Source: Eledone cirrhosa
Taxonomy: Eukaryota
DNA length: 64,000 bases
Assembly (NCBI GenBank): GCA_964016885.1
Contig: OZ024756.1
Coordinates: forward strand, 23,870,001 to 23,934,000
Direction of reading: 5' to 3'
Shown here piece after piece: positions 48,693-62,717 of the stretch. The first letter of the stretch is position 1; each line of letters begins with the position of its first letter. The notes beneath the pieces were generated by a model. The model made no database searches, was not told the origin of the DNA, and was given only the letters and a program-made list of their open reading frames with translations. The position numbers were made by a program, and so were the translations under genes.

Positions 48693-51524
48693 ACCAACAC
48701 CTTTTTAAACTATTTAATATACACACAGAAGTCAACACATTCAGTTGTTGTTGTTTAGCATCTCCTTCAGCAGCTGTGATCATCATAAATATATATGTGT
48801 GTGTGTGTGTGTGTGTGAGGGCACGTGGCTGAGTGGTTAGAGAATTGGATTTGCAATCGTGACGTTGTGATTTCGATTCTCAGACCGGGCGATTCATTAT
48901 GTCCTTGAGCGAGACACTTTATTTCACGTTGCTCCTTCTGCCTGGATTTGCAACTGACACAGAGTATTAGCAATTGGAAAAACCAATGGAAACATTGTTT
49001 TCTTGGTCCGATTTGATGAGCTCCACCCCACTCATTAATCAAATGAGGTCTGAGATCTTGTCGATATATATACAGAGCGTTGAAGTTTGCTTGAAGCATT
49101 GTGGTATATGAAAAATGGTCGTTTTGGGAAGCATCTATAATATAGATGGATAAATCTCCAGTGGCAGTAGGAGGCTTCCAAACACTACCATTTATATATA
49201 TATAGTCTGCAGTGCTGACCAAGGAGTCCTCAAATCAGGGAAGGAGAGTGTGTATAGAGGAAGGTAAAAACCTGACTGCTACACTTAGCAGTTTCAACTT
49301 GTATTTGAATGCAAGCCAAAACTGCTAGGTACCTGGCCTCAGTCAGATTTCTCTCTCTCTCTCTATATATATATGTATATATTATATCATTATTATTGTT
49401 TAACATCCACGCTAGCATAGGTTAGACAGGTTGTCCCAGTTGACCGTGTCTTACTCATATAGAACTATTTCTGGCAAGATTTCTACAGCTGCATGCCCTT
49501 CCTAACCCCAACCACATTTACAGTGTATGCTGGGTGCTTTTTGTCGTGACACCTACATGACCACCTTACAGTGTGGGCTGGGTACTTTTTGTTGTGATAC
49601 CTACACGGCCACTTTATAAATATAGTGAAGGGATGGTGTATTAGAGGAAGAAATGGTGGGAGCAGATCACAGAGAAAATGACTAAGGAAGTCAACAAGTG
49701 GAGGCACTATCACTTTATAGAGTTGGCTGGGTGCATTTTATCATGGCACCAGCAATGTCACCTTACAGAGTGTACTAGGTCCATTTTTATCATAGCACTA
49801 TGATATATCATCATATATATATGAATACAACTAAAAGATTCCAGCCCCTACATCCCTCTCTCTCACTCTCTTTATCAGTGAAAAAGATGGACAAGAAATT
49901 TATTTTAAAGAAAATTAAACAATGGTCCTATATTATGATTTGAAATAAATAAAATTATAAAAGAAAGCTTTTTTTTTTTTTGTTTTAATTTGACTTGTGT
50001 TGCATAATTTAATAACATTGACATCATTTTAAATAAATGTCACTAAATTCTTTATTATTTTCAACACATGGACAGAGAATTTCATTAGAAATGTGGTAAT
50101 AAAAGGGTTAATCTTTAGAAACATGACAAATACATTGTTTCATAAGATACGCAGGCAACTAGAATGGAATAAAGTAGTTGAATGTAAATCTAAATCTAAA
50201 TAATATATGTATGGTTTTGTAACTCCTGAGGAAGTTGTAGAAACACAACATTGACATACAGCATTTCTAGGGCATTTTTTAAAACCTGGCAGACCCTATC
50301 TCCTCTCCAGGTCTGAACACAGCAATTTCCAAAGGATAGAGGGTGAGAGAATGAAAGTGAGGAAGAATTGACCCCAGTACTTTTTTTACTGGCCTCGAAT
50401 GGATGAAAGGCAAAGTTGACCATGACACGATTTGAACCCAGTGAGCAGGAACAAATACCACAAAGCATTCTATCCAATGTTCTAACAACTCTGCCAATTC
50501 GCCACCTAAGTAATATTAGAATTAGGTAAAAAAAAATGGGAGGGGGGTCCTTAACCCTTTAAAGTTCAAACTGGCCAGAATTCTCTACCTCTTTCTGTTG
50601 AAACTGGCTGTAACTGATCACTCAAACTGATGTTAAGGTATTGTTCTCAAAATAAATACTTTCAAAATCTCAGATTCGATATGTGAGGTAAAAGCCTTTA
50701 CCATGAAAATATAATAGCATATATAGAGTAATGTGAATGCTAAAGGGTTAACTCTGGATGGACTTCTAGAAGCATCATCTTGACATATTATGAAAATGGA
50801 TATTATGAAAACTTACTGGAACCCATCCCTCTCCAGCAATATAACAGAAACATCATCATCACTTTAATATCCACCTTCCATGCTAGCATAGGTTAGACAA
50901 GTTATTCTATTTGAGGTAGGTTGGGTCAGGTGACCGTATCCCGCTCAAAAGGAACTGTTTCTAGCTAGATTTCTACAGTTGGATGCCCTTCCCAATGCCA
51001 ACCACATTTACAGTGTGTACTGGGTTTTTTTTGTTGTGACACCTACAAACAGAAAATAAATAACCTCAAAGAAAATGCTGACTTTGATTGTTTATGTCGC
51101 TAACAATATATAGATTATTTATTTATTGATTTACGATATATATATAACAGAAAATTCTGATGTTTTAAAAATGATTTCCATCAATTAGGCAAAAAAAAGG
51201 AAAAAGGAAAAAAGAAAAACATTATAATTGCATAAAATTGAGTTTATATTTTCATTAAGTTGTACAATTGGTATATTAAACCACCGGAACAATGCAAGGC
51301 CAAGTTTAATAATAGAGTAGGATCACTCACAAGTATGAGATACTAAATTAGTTAGAGCAAGATCATCTATGTTATCTATGCTAACAATATCCCCTCTCTC
51401 AGCCATCTATATCAAAATTCTCTGATGTTTTAAAATATAAAAAAAAAACAACAAAATAAAAAGGCAATCCTTCTTAAGCATAGATAGTAATGTAAACAAG
51501 CCAATTGATATACTTTTATTATCC

Positions 51525-52700
51525 ACAACTCAGCAATATTGAGAGAGAGAGAAAGAGAAGGAATTCCCATCACAACTCAGCAGTGTTAAGAGAGAGAGAA
51601 GGAATTCCCATCACAACTCATCAATGTTGAGAGAGAAGGAATTCCCATCACAACTCAACAATGTTAAGAGAGAAGGAATTCCCATCACAACTCAGCAGTG
51701 TTAAGAGAGAGAGAAGGAATTCCCATCACAACTCATCAATGTTGAGAGAGAAGGAATTCCCATCACAACTCATCAATGTTAAGAGAGAGAGAAGAAATTC
51801 CCATCACAACTCATCAATGTTAAGAGAGAGAGAAGAAATTCCCATCACAACTCATCAATGTTAAGAGAGAGAGAAGGAATTCCCATCACAACTCATCAAT
51901 GTTGAGAGAGAGAGAGAAGGAATTCCCATCACAACTCAGCAATGTTAAGAGAGAGAGAAGAAATTCCCATCACAACTCAGCAATGTTAAGAGAGAGAGAA
52001 GAAATTCCCATCACAACTCAGCAATGTTAAGAGAGAGAGAAGAAATTCCCATCACAACTCATCAATGTTGAGAGAGAGAGAAGAAATTCCCATCACAACT
52101 CAGCAATGTTAAGAGAGAGAAGGAATTCCCATCACAACTCAGCAATGTTAAGAGAGAGAGAAGGAATTCCCATCAACTCAGCAGTGTTGAGAGAGAAGGA
52201 ATTCCCATCACAACTCAGCAATGTTGATTGAGAAGGAATTCCCATCACAACTCAGCAATGTTAAGAGAGAGAGAAGAAATTCCCATCACAACTCAGCAAT
52301 GTTAAGAGAGAGAGAAGAAATTCCCATCACAACTCATCAATGTTGAGAGAGAGAGAGAAGGAATTCCCATCAACTCAGCAGTGTTAAGAGAAAGAGAAGG
52401 AATTCCCATCACAACTCAGCAGTGTTAAGAGAGGGAGAGAAGGAATTCCCATCACAACTCAGCAGTGTTAAGAGAGAGAGAGAAGGAATTCCCATCACAA
52501 CTCATCAGTGTTAAGAGAGGGAGAGAAGGAATTCCCATCACAACTCATCAGTGTTAAGAGAGAGAGAGAAGGAATTCCCATCACAACTCATCAGTGTTAA
52601 GAGAGGGAGAGAAGGAATTCCCATCACAACTCAGCAGTGTTAAGAGAGAGAGAAGGAATTCCCATCACAACTCATCAGTGTTAAGAGAGGGAGAGTAAAG
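51525..52700. repeat. Minisatellite, about 37-44 bp x about 28, with variable (GA)n
   Basis: gaaggaattcccatcacaactcagcaatgttaa(ga)n. Confidence 0.95.
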
Positions 52701-54367
52701 GAATTTCAAAACCAAATAGAGGAATATTTTCTTTTATAATACAACACATTGAGGTTACACAGTTAATTATGTTGACCTCAGAATATGACTGGTTATTTAT
52801 TATTTTATCATCCATAAAATGGGGCCATAAGGCTAACTGACTAGAGGCCCCACAAAGTTCTTTTGCTCTGTCTGTGTGTAGAGGGTAATGTTGAAATGCC
52901 AAAAAGGGGTCAGAAATAAATACCAGAAAACCTAGAGGTTTGGGGCTCAGGGTAATACAGCCCTACCACAAAAGGTGCGAGACATAATCCAGAATAATTT
53001 TGTATTATAAGAAACCAATATTCCTCTTTTTAACTTTAAAATTACTCCTCTTATTGTTTTTGTGAAGGCGCGTGGCTTAGTGGTTACAGAATCAGATTCA
53101 TAATCATAAAGTTGCAAGTTTGATTCCCAGAGTGGGTGAGGCATTATGTCCTTGAGCAAGACATTGCTCTTTCTGCCAGGAGTTGCAACTAGTAGATAGT
53201 ATCAGCAATGGAAAGATTCTTTCGTTGATCCAATTTGAAGAGTTCCACCCCACTCTGTAAGTAAATGAGGGCTGGGATCATGTTGACCGAATCTTTCTTT
53301 CTACTCTCTCTCTCAACATAGCCGAGTTATAGAGACTCACAGAGTGTGTCAATTTGTTTGTTTATATTTCATCTGCTTATCAAAGAAAAACCGCACAAAA
53401 AAAAAAAAAAAAAATGAATAGATGGAATGATCAGAATATTAAAATGTTAGGATCAATCATATAATTTTATTTTTTTTTTTTTGTATTTTATTTTCAATAT
53501 TTATTTCATCATTATTATATTATTATATTATTTTAGTTTGTGTTTGTCTAACATAGTAAATGGAACAATGAAAAAAATTTTAAGAAAAAAGAAAAACAGC
53601 ATTTTTTTTTTTTTTATATTTGAAAATAGCCAAGAAAAATAAAATAGGGTAAAAAGAAAACATATTTAAAAGTTATAATAATATATTTTATACAAAGAAT
53701 ATCAAGCGTTGGAATAAAGAGAATGCATAAAAAAACTCTATGCATAAATATATGTATATTATTATATACATGTATTTACATGTATGTATAACTGTAAGGC
53801 TATTACATTATATACAAGTTATATAATAATACATATGCAATTGTTAAAAACACTAATTATACAGATAAATGCATGTTAATATACACACAAGTAAATAACC
53901 ATCAAGTTGGGTGACCCCCAGCATTTTAAACTCTTATTTTTGTTTGTTTTGATTTTTTTCTAACACTTTTTAGTTTATTTTTTTCAACAAGATATTTCAA
54001 AAATTAATTTAAAAATAAAATAAAACAAAACTGCGATACATTCAATAATAATTGAGTAAAGCCTCAAAATGAGAAGTATATATTTATCATTATTATTATT
54101 AGAAAACAACAGCAACAAAGTATTATTTACATATCGGACAATATATAGTAGCATCACTGTTTAAAATAACCATTTCTCTTCTTAATAAAGTGTGTATGTG
54201 GAGCTTAACTGTTCATATATTTTGTGTACATGTATGTTTGTACTTATGTATGTTAAATAAATTCTTTTATTAATAAAAAGAATGAAGAGAGTCAATTCTA
54301 AAAAAGTGAGAGGTGAAATATACACTTGGACAAGAACACCACATATTTACTATTGGAAAATTTCTCC

Positions 54368-54582
54368 AAAACCATCCTGTAACTATTCCTCACTAGCTAG
54401 GTAATGCCAACCTATCCCTATTCTTCACCAGCTAGATAAAACCATCCTGTACCTATTCCCCACCAACTAGGCAATGCCATCCTATCCCTAGTCCTCACCA
54501 GCTAAGTAAAACCATCCTATCCCTATTTCTCACTTGCTAAGTAAAACCATCCTGTACCTATTTCTCACCAGCTAGGTAAAAT
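54368..54582. repeat. Minisatellite, 35 bp x about 6
   Basis: aaaaccatcctgtacctattcctcaccagctaggt variants. Confidence 0.85.
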
Positions 54583-54851
54583 CAAGGTGCAGATGCTTAA
54601 GGATTTAAAAAACAAAGTGAAATAATTTAGTGGATTTGAACTCATGATCAAGGAGTCATTAGTTCACATGTTCTAATGCTCTATTCACACAGTTGTCGTG
54701 CCTCACAATACTCAACAACTATTATTATTCATATATAAGTCTCTAATGTTTCAGTAGTTAATGCTACATTCAGGTGTCCTGCATGCCCTATCAAGTGATT
54801 TGTTATCATGATTATGTTAACAAAAACATTAAATTGTATCTTAATATTGTG

Positions 54852-54900
<49 letters not shown>

Positions 54901-55269
54901 TGTAAAATTTCAAAATGTCTCACTTAAAATTATTTTGTTCCCAATGCCCAATCAGATAAATATAAATCATCCTGAGCAAGATTTTAGTTTAAAAAAAAAA
55001 AAATCAAAGAAAAAAAAAAATTATAATTCTTTGGAATTTTGTAATTTGATTATAAACTGGGTGTATATTTGTTGAGTATGAAGTATAATATTATTTTGTT
55101 TTGAGAAAAGAAGAGGAAAACATTTAAATTGTATTTATAGTAGAGTCAGAATAGATTTTTGCTAAAACCATTACAAAAATAAAAAGATAAAATATTTTCT
55201 GATGAATTTATCTTTTTTATTTATTTAATGGTGTGATAAACGAGAAATATTACTCCAGTCTACATATAT

Positions 55270-55351
<82 letters not shown>

Positions 55352-58300
55352 GCATGTATATATACATACACACATACATATGTATATAAATACATACATT
55401 AAAACTATACTTGTATAAAAAAAACAATTTGAGATCAAAAAATATTTTATGGTTTACATGCACACAGACACAAATTTATATATATATACTGCTTCAATAT
55501 GAATGTCTACATAAATTCTCTATAAAATTCTATATGCAATAAATATCAATTTGTTTCATTTGTTGAAATATATTTGGCATCAAGATTTTGCAATGATTTA
55601 TCATAGAGTAAAGTTTAAAAAATGAAGCTAATACAGTAAATAATAATTTCAGTCTAGTATTATTTAAATCCTTTAAACATCGATTTGACTAGAACAGCCT
55701 CTATCAAAGTGATTAAATTTAAATTTAAATCTTAGGCTGAAATCTTATTACGTGACAGATAATATTAGATTTCACGAGCTAAAGATTTGTCATTCATTAA
55801 GTTGAAATGAAGGCGTGTGGCTTAGAAAGTTAGATTAGCAACCATGAGGTTACGAGTTCAATTCCTGGACCAGGCGATGCATTGTCCTTGAGCAAGACAC
55901 TTTATTTTGTGTTGCTCTTTCTGCCAAGAGTTGCAACCAGTAGATAGCATCAGTAATGGAAAGACCAAAGGAAACATTGGTTCTTTGGTCCAATATGACA
56001 TATTCCACCCCGCTCGGTAAGCGAATGAAGTCTGAAATGTTGTCAATCAAATCCTTTTCCTTAAGTTCAAAGTTAGCTTATTTCACTAAACCTTTCATAC
56101 TTCTTGATTATTTTGATAATTCAATCACAAAGGCTATAGATTCTTGTTAGAAATGTGGTCACAAAAGGGTTAAATTTCTCTTTCTTTCAAAACTATATAT
56201 TATATTTTTAAACGACAGATTTTTTAAGGTTTTTTAAAATATAATTTTTGTTTCATTTGTCTATTTGAGAAAAAAGACAAAATAAAATTCAATTGTGATA
56301 CAGGAGAGTTGTTTGCAGCGTCATAGAACTCACACACGTTGCTATATTCACTTTTATTATCATTATTATTTGATCCTACTAATGTAAATTATTTATTATA
56401 TATGTCTCTGTCTGATCAGGTTGAAATGAATAATGAAAGACTTTCATATAATATATAATACTATTGTTACAAAGAATATACTAACTATATTTAATAACAA
56501 CCAGCCTGAAATGGCCCTGGTTCTGGGAGACAAAATGCATCTGATTTGAAGTATATATATTTAAATATAAATCTTCCATCATAATTTTATATAAAAACTG
56601 GTATGTTCCAAACTCTAGCTTAACCCTTTCATGACCGTATTTCTAATGAAATATATTCTATTTCAATTAATTAATGAAGAATTTTGAGGGATTTACAAAA
56701 ATTATTCATTATTTCATTACTAAGATAGTAACTTAAGATATATGTTATTATATAAAATTATGTTGGAAGATTTAAATAGGAACCTTTTGAAAGGGGTAGT
56801 TTTGGATCCAAACCAGACCAGAGCAAGTTTTGGGCAGGTTGATACTAAAGTGTTAATAATGACAAAATTAGTTATTTTATTTAATCCTTCTAAATTCTTG
56901 TTAATTTCCAAAATTAATTGAAACACACAGTATATTTCATTAGAAATATGGTCAGAAAAGAGTTAAGAATTCTGATTGTAATAGTTATAAAAAAATGGTA
57001 TGCAGAACCCTCTGTACATTATCCAGAAATTATTCTTGGTTGTGAATTTATCAACTCTTTCCTTACCATATTTCTAATAAAAGACATTGCCTATAATTTT
57101 TAAATAATATTGGAATTAATCAAGAATCTGGAGAGATTTAGTAATATTTTATTCATTATTAAGCTGTGGTTTGGAACATAACTTAAAGGTTCTTTCATAA
57201 AATGACAATGGAAGATTTTTAGATAAATAGTTGGTTTGTTGTTGAAAGAGTAAAAGTCAACAATCCCTCTCCCATGATTTAATCGTGTCATTATTTTATC
57301 GTCTCCAACAATCTTAGATCAAAATTACTTGAGAAACAAATGCGCCTAAAAAAATAAAAGACAAATGATAATTTATATACAAATTGAAATTGCTTTTATA
57401 AGTACTTGCTCATTAAAAATTAATACAAAATAAAATTAAATTAAATTGTGAGATTCAAAGGATTACTCCCACCCATCATTTACAATCTTTAGTTTATATA
57501 TATACTTATATATATCAGGATTATACCAGTCTTAAACTAGTAAGACCATTATTCAGCAGAGTACTCGATACTTGGGACAGCTCAGCCATCGGGCCCCAAC
57601 TCTCTTATATATATATATATATATATATATATTTACATATATATTATTATTATTAATTATTATTGTTAAGACCACTACTACAACGAAGCCATTACAGGAA
57701 AATGTGTTTCGTTGAGTTGGACCAACCTTTCAACCTGTGCTGTGAGGGGGGGGGGGGGGGGGGGAGAACCAGAAATAGCTTGTTATGGTTTCATTGCAGT
57801 ACTGATCTTAATAATATATTAAAAGTGCTCCCATCGACATGAGTTGCTCTACACCTTGGATATATCTACCAAGTTATTACTACCTCTAATATATATATAC
57901 ATATACACATATATATACATACACCGTATTTGACGACTTATAAGACTCACCGTTTTCCGAAAAATATCCCAGAAAATCACCGAGTTTTGTAAGGTCAAGG
58001 GTCAGTTTGGAGTACTGGCTAGTAGAGTTCTCGTGTTGCAGTAGCCCTTAAATTAAACCACAAACTGGGGTGTCTTATAAGCTGTCAAATACAATATATA
58101 TATATATATATGATCTTTGAAAGTGAAATATGGATTTAATTTGTAAAGAAATATTTAGAATATATAAATATAAAAATTAATATATTGACACAATCTGCTG
58201 CTTGCCTTTTTCTTTCTGTTTGTGTTATTATTATTATTTCTAATGTTCACATTCAATTTTCAATATATGATGAAACGGAATTTCTCTTTAACAATGTAAG

Positions 58301-60011
58301 AAACATTAAAACAAAATGAATGAGATGAACCACCAAAAATTGTCCTCCACTATGCATGCTATATCTATATATATATATATATATATATATATAATGTCTG
58401 TGTATACATATATGTATATATATTAGTACATATAACACATTTAGAATAGAACTTTGCTATAAATTGTTTATTTGTGAGCTTCATTATATTTTAAATCAGA
58501 AATAGATCTTAATTTGGAAATAGTTATTAAAAATAAAGCATCTATAATCTTATAATAATGGTTTCTAATTTAGGCACACGGCCAGCAATTTTATGGGGAG
58601 TAAGTTGATTACATTAACCACAGTGCTTAACTGGTAATTTATTTTAAGAACAATAATAATAAAATGACACTATAGTATCTATCTGACTCACACTTGTGAA
58701 TGAATTTAATGAATTAATGATAAAAGTTTCAATGTGAATACTCCCTCTTACACATCCTGGAAGAATTATTCCTCATGACATGATTTTGAATACGTATACA
58801 GCATAAGAGGGTTGGTGCTAGGAAGGGCATCTGGCCATAAAACATTGCCTAAAAAAAGAAACCTCCCTCCCCTCCAAATTATGTGTATTATGAAGTCTGT
58901 CATGGGGCAAGCAAAGTTAACCCCTGCTTTTAACAGAGGAAAACACTGTCCATAAAATGCTTGTGGTACACTTAGAGAAGAGATTTGGTTTAATGTCTAA
59001 CTTAGCAATGAGAATTTTAAACAAGAGAAAATTATTATTTCTATGTAATACCCACCTGCCAAACTAATAATGTAGGTAAAATGGTTATTATTATATATAA
59101 AAGACACATCAGGAGAATTTAAAGCAAAACAAAGACCAAATTTACAGACAACAAGAGATTACAGTCAAAAATACAAAACCAGATTAGATTATATCTTCCA
59201 ATAATTTACAACTTAAAAGAGGCAAAAATTACAATTGATATTTTAAGAAATTTTTCTTTCATTTTTTTTTTTACTAGACAAAATATTCCAGCAGTTTTTA
59301 AAACTTTGAGGCACATATTTCTCACCATGTCACAAATTTTTATGAAAGTTAAAAATAAAAATAAAAAAAAAACATATCAAGCCTTTCGATTATCAGTTTT
59401 TAGGGGCTTCAATCAAAAAATAGTGTTATTAAATATTAAAATAAGATTGCAAATTTAGCAGAAAATAAATAAATGCTGTCAAATTCAACATTATCATTTG
59501 TACTTCACAGAGATTGGAATATCTTCAAATTTGAAAATTTCAAAATATAAAATAGCTATCAGATGTCATGTGATGTGATCAAACAGTTAAAAATTAAAGA
59601 TTCTCTCTAGAGATGAGCGAAAAATAAACCCAGAAACCCATGAAACATACATGATAGTGAGTTAGTTATATGTAGTAAGTGATTATTTCAAATATAGATT
59701 AGAAAGAAAAACAAAACAAAAATATATAAAACAATATCAAAATGGACAAATTCCAGTTGATTAGGTTTAATTCTACAAGAAACATTGTAGGAAAACTGTT
59801 AGTATGTGTATATACATACATACATACACACATACACATATATATTATATATATGTGTGTGTGTGTATATATTATATATATTTATATACAAATGTATGTA
59901 TGTAGTTTATATCTAAAGAAGCAATAAATATAATGAAAAATTAAGAATATCTAAAGAAAAGTTCCCCAGAACATGCAAGCTAATTTAAAATGATAGGAAA
60001 AATGTAAGCTA

Positions 60012-60287
60012 TAATATATATGTATACACATATACATATGTGTGTATATATATATATATATATACATACATACATGTGTATATATATATATATATATATA
60101 CATACATACATGTGTATATATATACATATACATATGTGTATATATATAGATATACATATGTGTATATATATACATATGTGTATATATATAGATATACATA
60201 TGTGTATATATATACATGTGTATATATATACATATACATATATATATACATATGTGTATATATATATACATATGTGTATATATACAT

Positions 60288-60318
<31 letters not shown>

Positions 60319-60320
60319 AT
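60012..60320. repeat. Compound (TA)n/TACATATGTG microsatellite
   Basis: Direct reading. Confidence 0.9.
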
Positions 60321-60915
60321 GTAAGTGAGCAATGTGGAAAATAAAGCATTTAGATATTAATGAAAAGTGATTAACACTTAAAAAATATAAATATTACAAT
60401 CAACAAAGCTTAATTATTTTGTGTTTTAAAATGTTATACAATAAAAAATATCCTACATGATTGATTATATTGATAGAAAAAAGATGTTCTAAAGTGCTGA
60501 GAGACTAGATAATATAATATAGAATTAATAATGCATACAATATCAACAATTTATTATAGATTTATAATAGAAATAGTGGAAAATAATTAGAATTAGAAAA
60601 AACGTTTAAGGAAAAAAGAAATCCCAATAGCCAATAGCAATAAACAATTACTATTTATTGTGTTGATTGATTATGTATTGATTATATACTAAAAAGAAAA
60701 AGAAAATTCACATTCGGATATCAACAAATATATATGTATATAATTAGAAAAAAGCTGAGGCAGAGAGAGAAATATATATAAAAAATATCTAAAAATATAT
60801 CTAGATCAAAAGGCAGTATTAACTTAAAGTGAAAATGGCTTAACACATGAACAAAAGCTAGTCAACCAACAAATATAGTGCTTACTACAACTGTATGTAT
60901 GTGTGTGTGTGTGTG

Positions 60916-60984
<69 letters not shown>

Positions 60985-62094
60985 AAGTTTAAGTCAACAG
61001 GTTAAAATTAACATTGTATATTCATAGTCAGTTATATAAATATTTATATATGCTAATAGAGACAAGAAGAGAAGAGATAGGAGCAGTGGGCGTGGTTGGT
61101 GTATCTGGGACTCAGTGTGGTAGGGTTGGTATAGCTTGAGAAAAGTTCCTGTCCTTAGGTGTCGACATGCACCAAAGAAATCTGCCCTACAATTCATTAT
61201 TTTTATTCCACCCGAGTAGAGGTTGCAAATGCCAAACCCACCTCTTGTCACTATTAGCATCTAAATGTATCTCAGAGCCACACTAAATTAGGGGTTGGGT
61301 CCATGCCTTACTTTGCCTTGGATTTCCCCTCTTTTTCACTTCCTTAGTTCTACTCTACATCTCTAACCACTAACTATTTAGCGAGATATTATACGTTGGC
61401 AGAATCCAATCTTGGGTATCTACACACACCCCACAATTTTGCTCTCCAGGCTTCATCCTCTATCCTTTGTTTATAATTTCGTTTTCCTCAGGACAAACTA
61501 CCTCCAACCTAATTTCTTTTGCTCATAAACATCAATACAAACTGTGATAAGTAAATTACAAATGCCATTCTTAATATAGATTAGCACACACATTATTTTC
61601 ATTCTTATAAAGGGCACATATGTGTGTATGTATATATGTATGTATGTGTGTATATATATATTTACAATACGGATTATACTTTTAACACCTTTTATTATCA
61701 TGACTTAATATTGATAAGCATACACATTTCCATTTGTCTAATGGTCCCATATCTGTTTATATACTGGAAATTTTAACTAACAATTCCAATACATTCTTTT
61801 ATAACTAGTAGTAATTATAGTAACACTACTACCACTAACACAACTACTGGGGTCATAGAGGCTGCTCCAGGACAATTGGCTTAAGAAATTCAAAGGACTT
61901 GTTATTGAAATAGTGAAACTAAATCTGACCAATGGGAAGGAGGTTAATTCTACTGATGCTGTGAATTCAAATCATATGCTACTGGTGTCTTGTGAAAACA
62001 ACATTAAATTTCAGCACTGAGCATATAAAAAAAATCAAAATAAGCTTTATTCTATCGTTATGTTGCTCTGTTTTTTTTTCTGTTCAAACTCTAG

Positions 62095-62151
62095 CTGTCT
62101 GATGAGGTCATAGCTGTTGCATAATGGTTATCACCGAAATATATATAACAG
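62095..62151 (+). ncRNA. Minimal type I hammerhead ribozyme, intact core
   Basis: CUGU-CUGAUGA-[GGUCAUAGCUGUU-gcau-AAUGGUUAUCACC]-GAAA-UAUAUA-UA^ACAG, followed by AATAAA. Confidence 0.72.
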
Positions 62152-62717
62152 GGACTATGAATAAATCAAGTTAATTTTGACCTGTTGACTTACACTTCTT
62201 ATTTATATATATATATACTCTGGAGTAAACAGAGCCACCTGCATACTGAAGTGTCGGTAATTAACCAACACATACTCGAATTTATATATATATACACACA
62301 CACACACATACATATATTCTATTATAAGAAGAGAAGATACAAGTCTATAATAAGAAACTATAAATTCATTTATATTATATTATATATATATATATATATT
62401 CAATTTACTACGATATATAAATGTTATACTTTTATTAAATCTAAATGGTGAATTTCAAACCGTTGATATTATTAATGTGTATGTGTCAAAAAAAACATCT
62501 CGTTAAAATATTATATTTAAATGCATATACATACACGAAGATCTTATAGGAAGAAATAAAACATTAAGCGACAGTTTGTTATTCATATCTCATTCTTCTT
62601 TAAATACTTTGTCTCCTCCCAAATTTCCTAAGACAAAAACCAAATAAAGAAATCTTTAGAAATATAATGATAAGAGTAAAGAGTTAAAAAAAAACATTAA
62701 AAAACCCAATATTTTTG

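Noticed and set aside
51525-52700. CRISPR-like regular array
   Set aside because: Spacers are only (GA)n, there are no cas genes, and the context is eukaryotic.
55191-55252. CTGATGA with flanking complementarity (aatatttt/gaaatatt)
   Set aside because: No GAAA-stem III-UH arrangement; not distinguishable from chance in AT-rich DNA.
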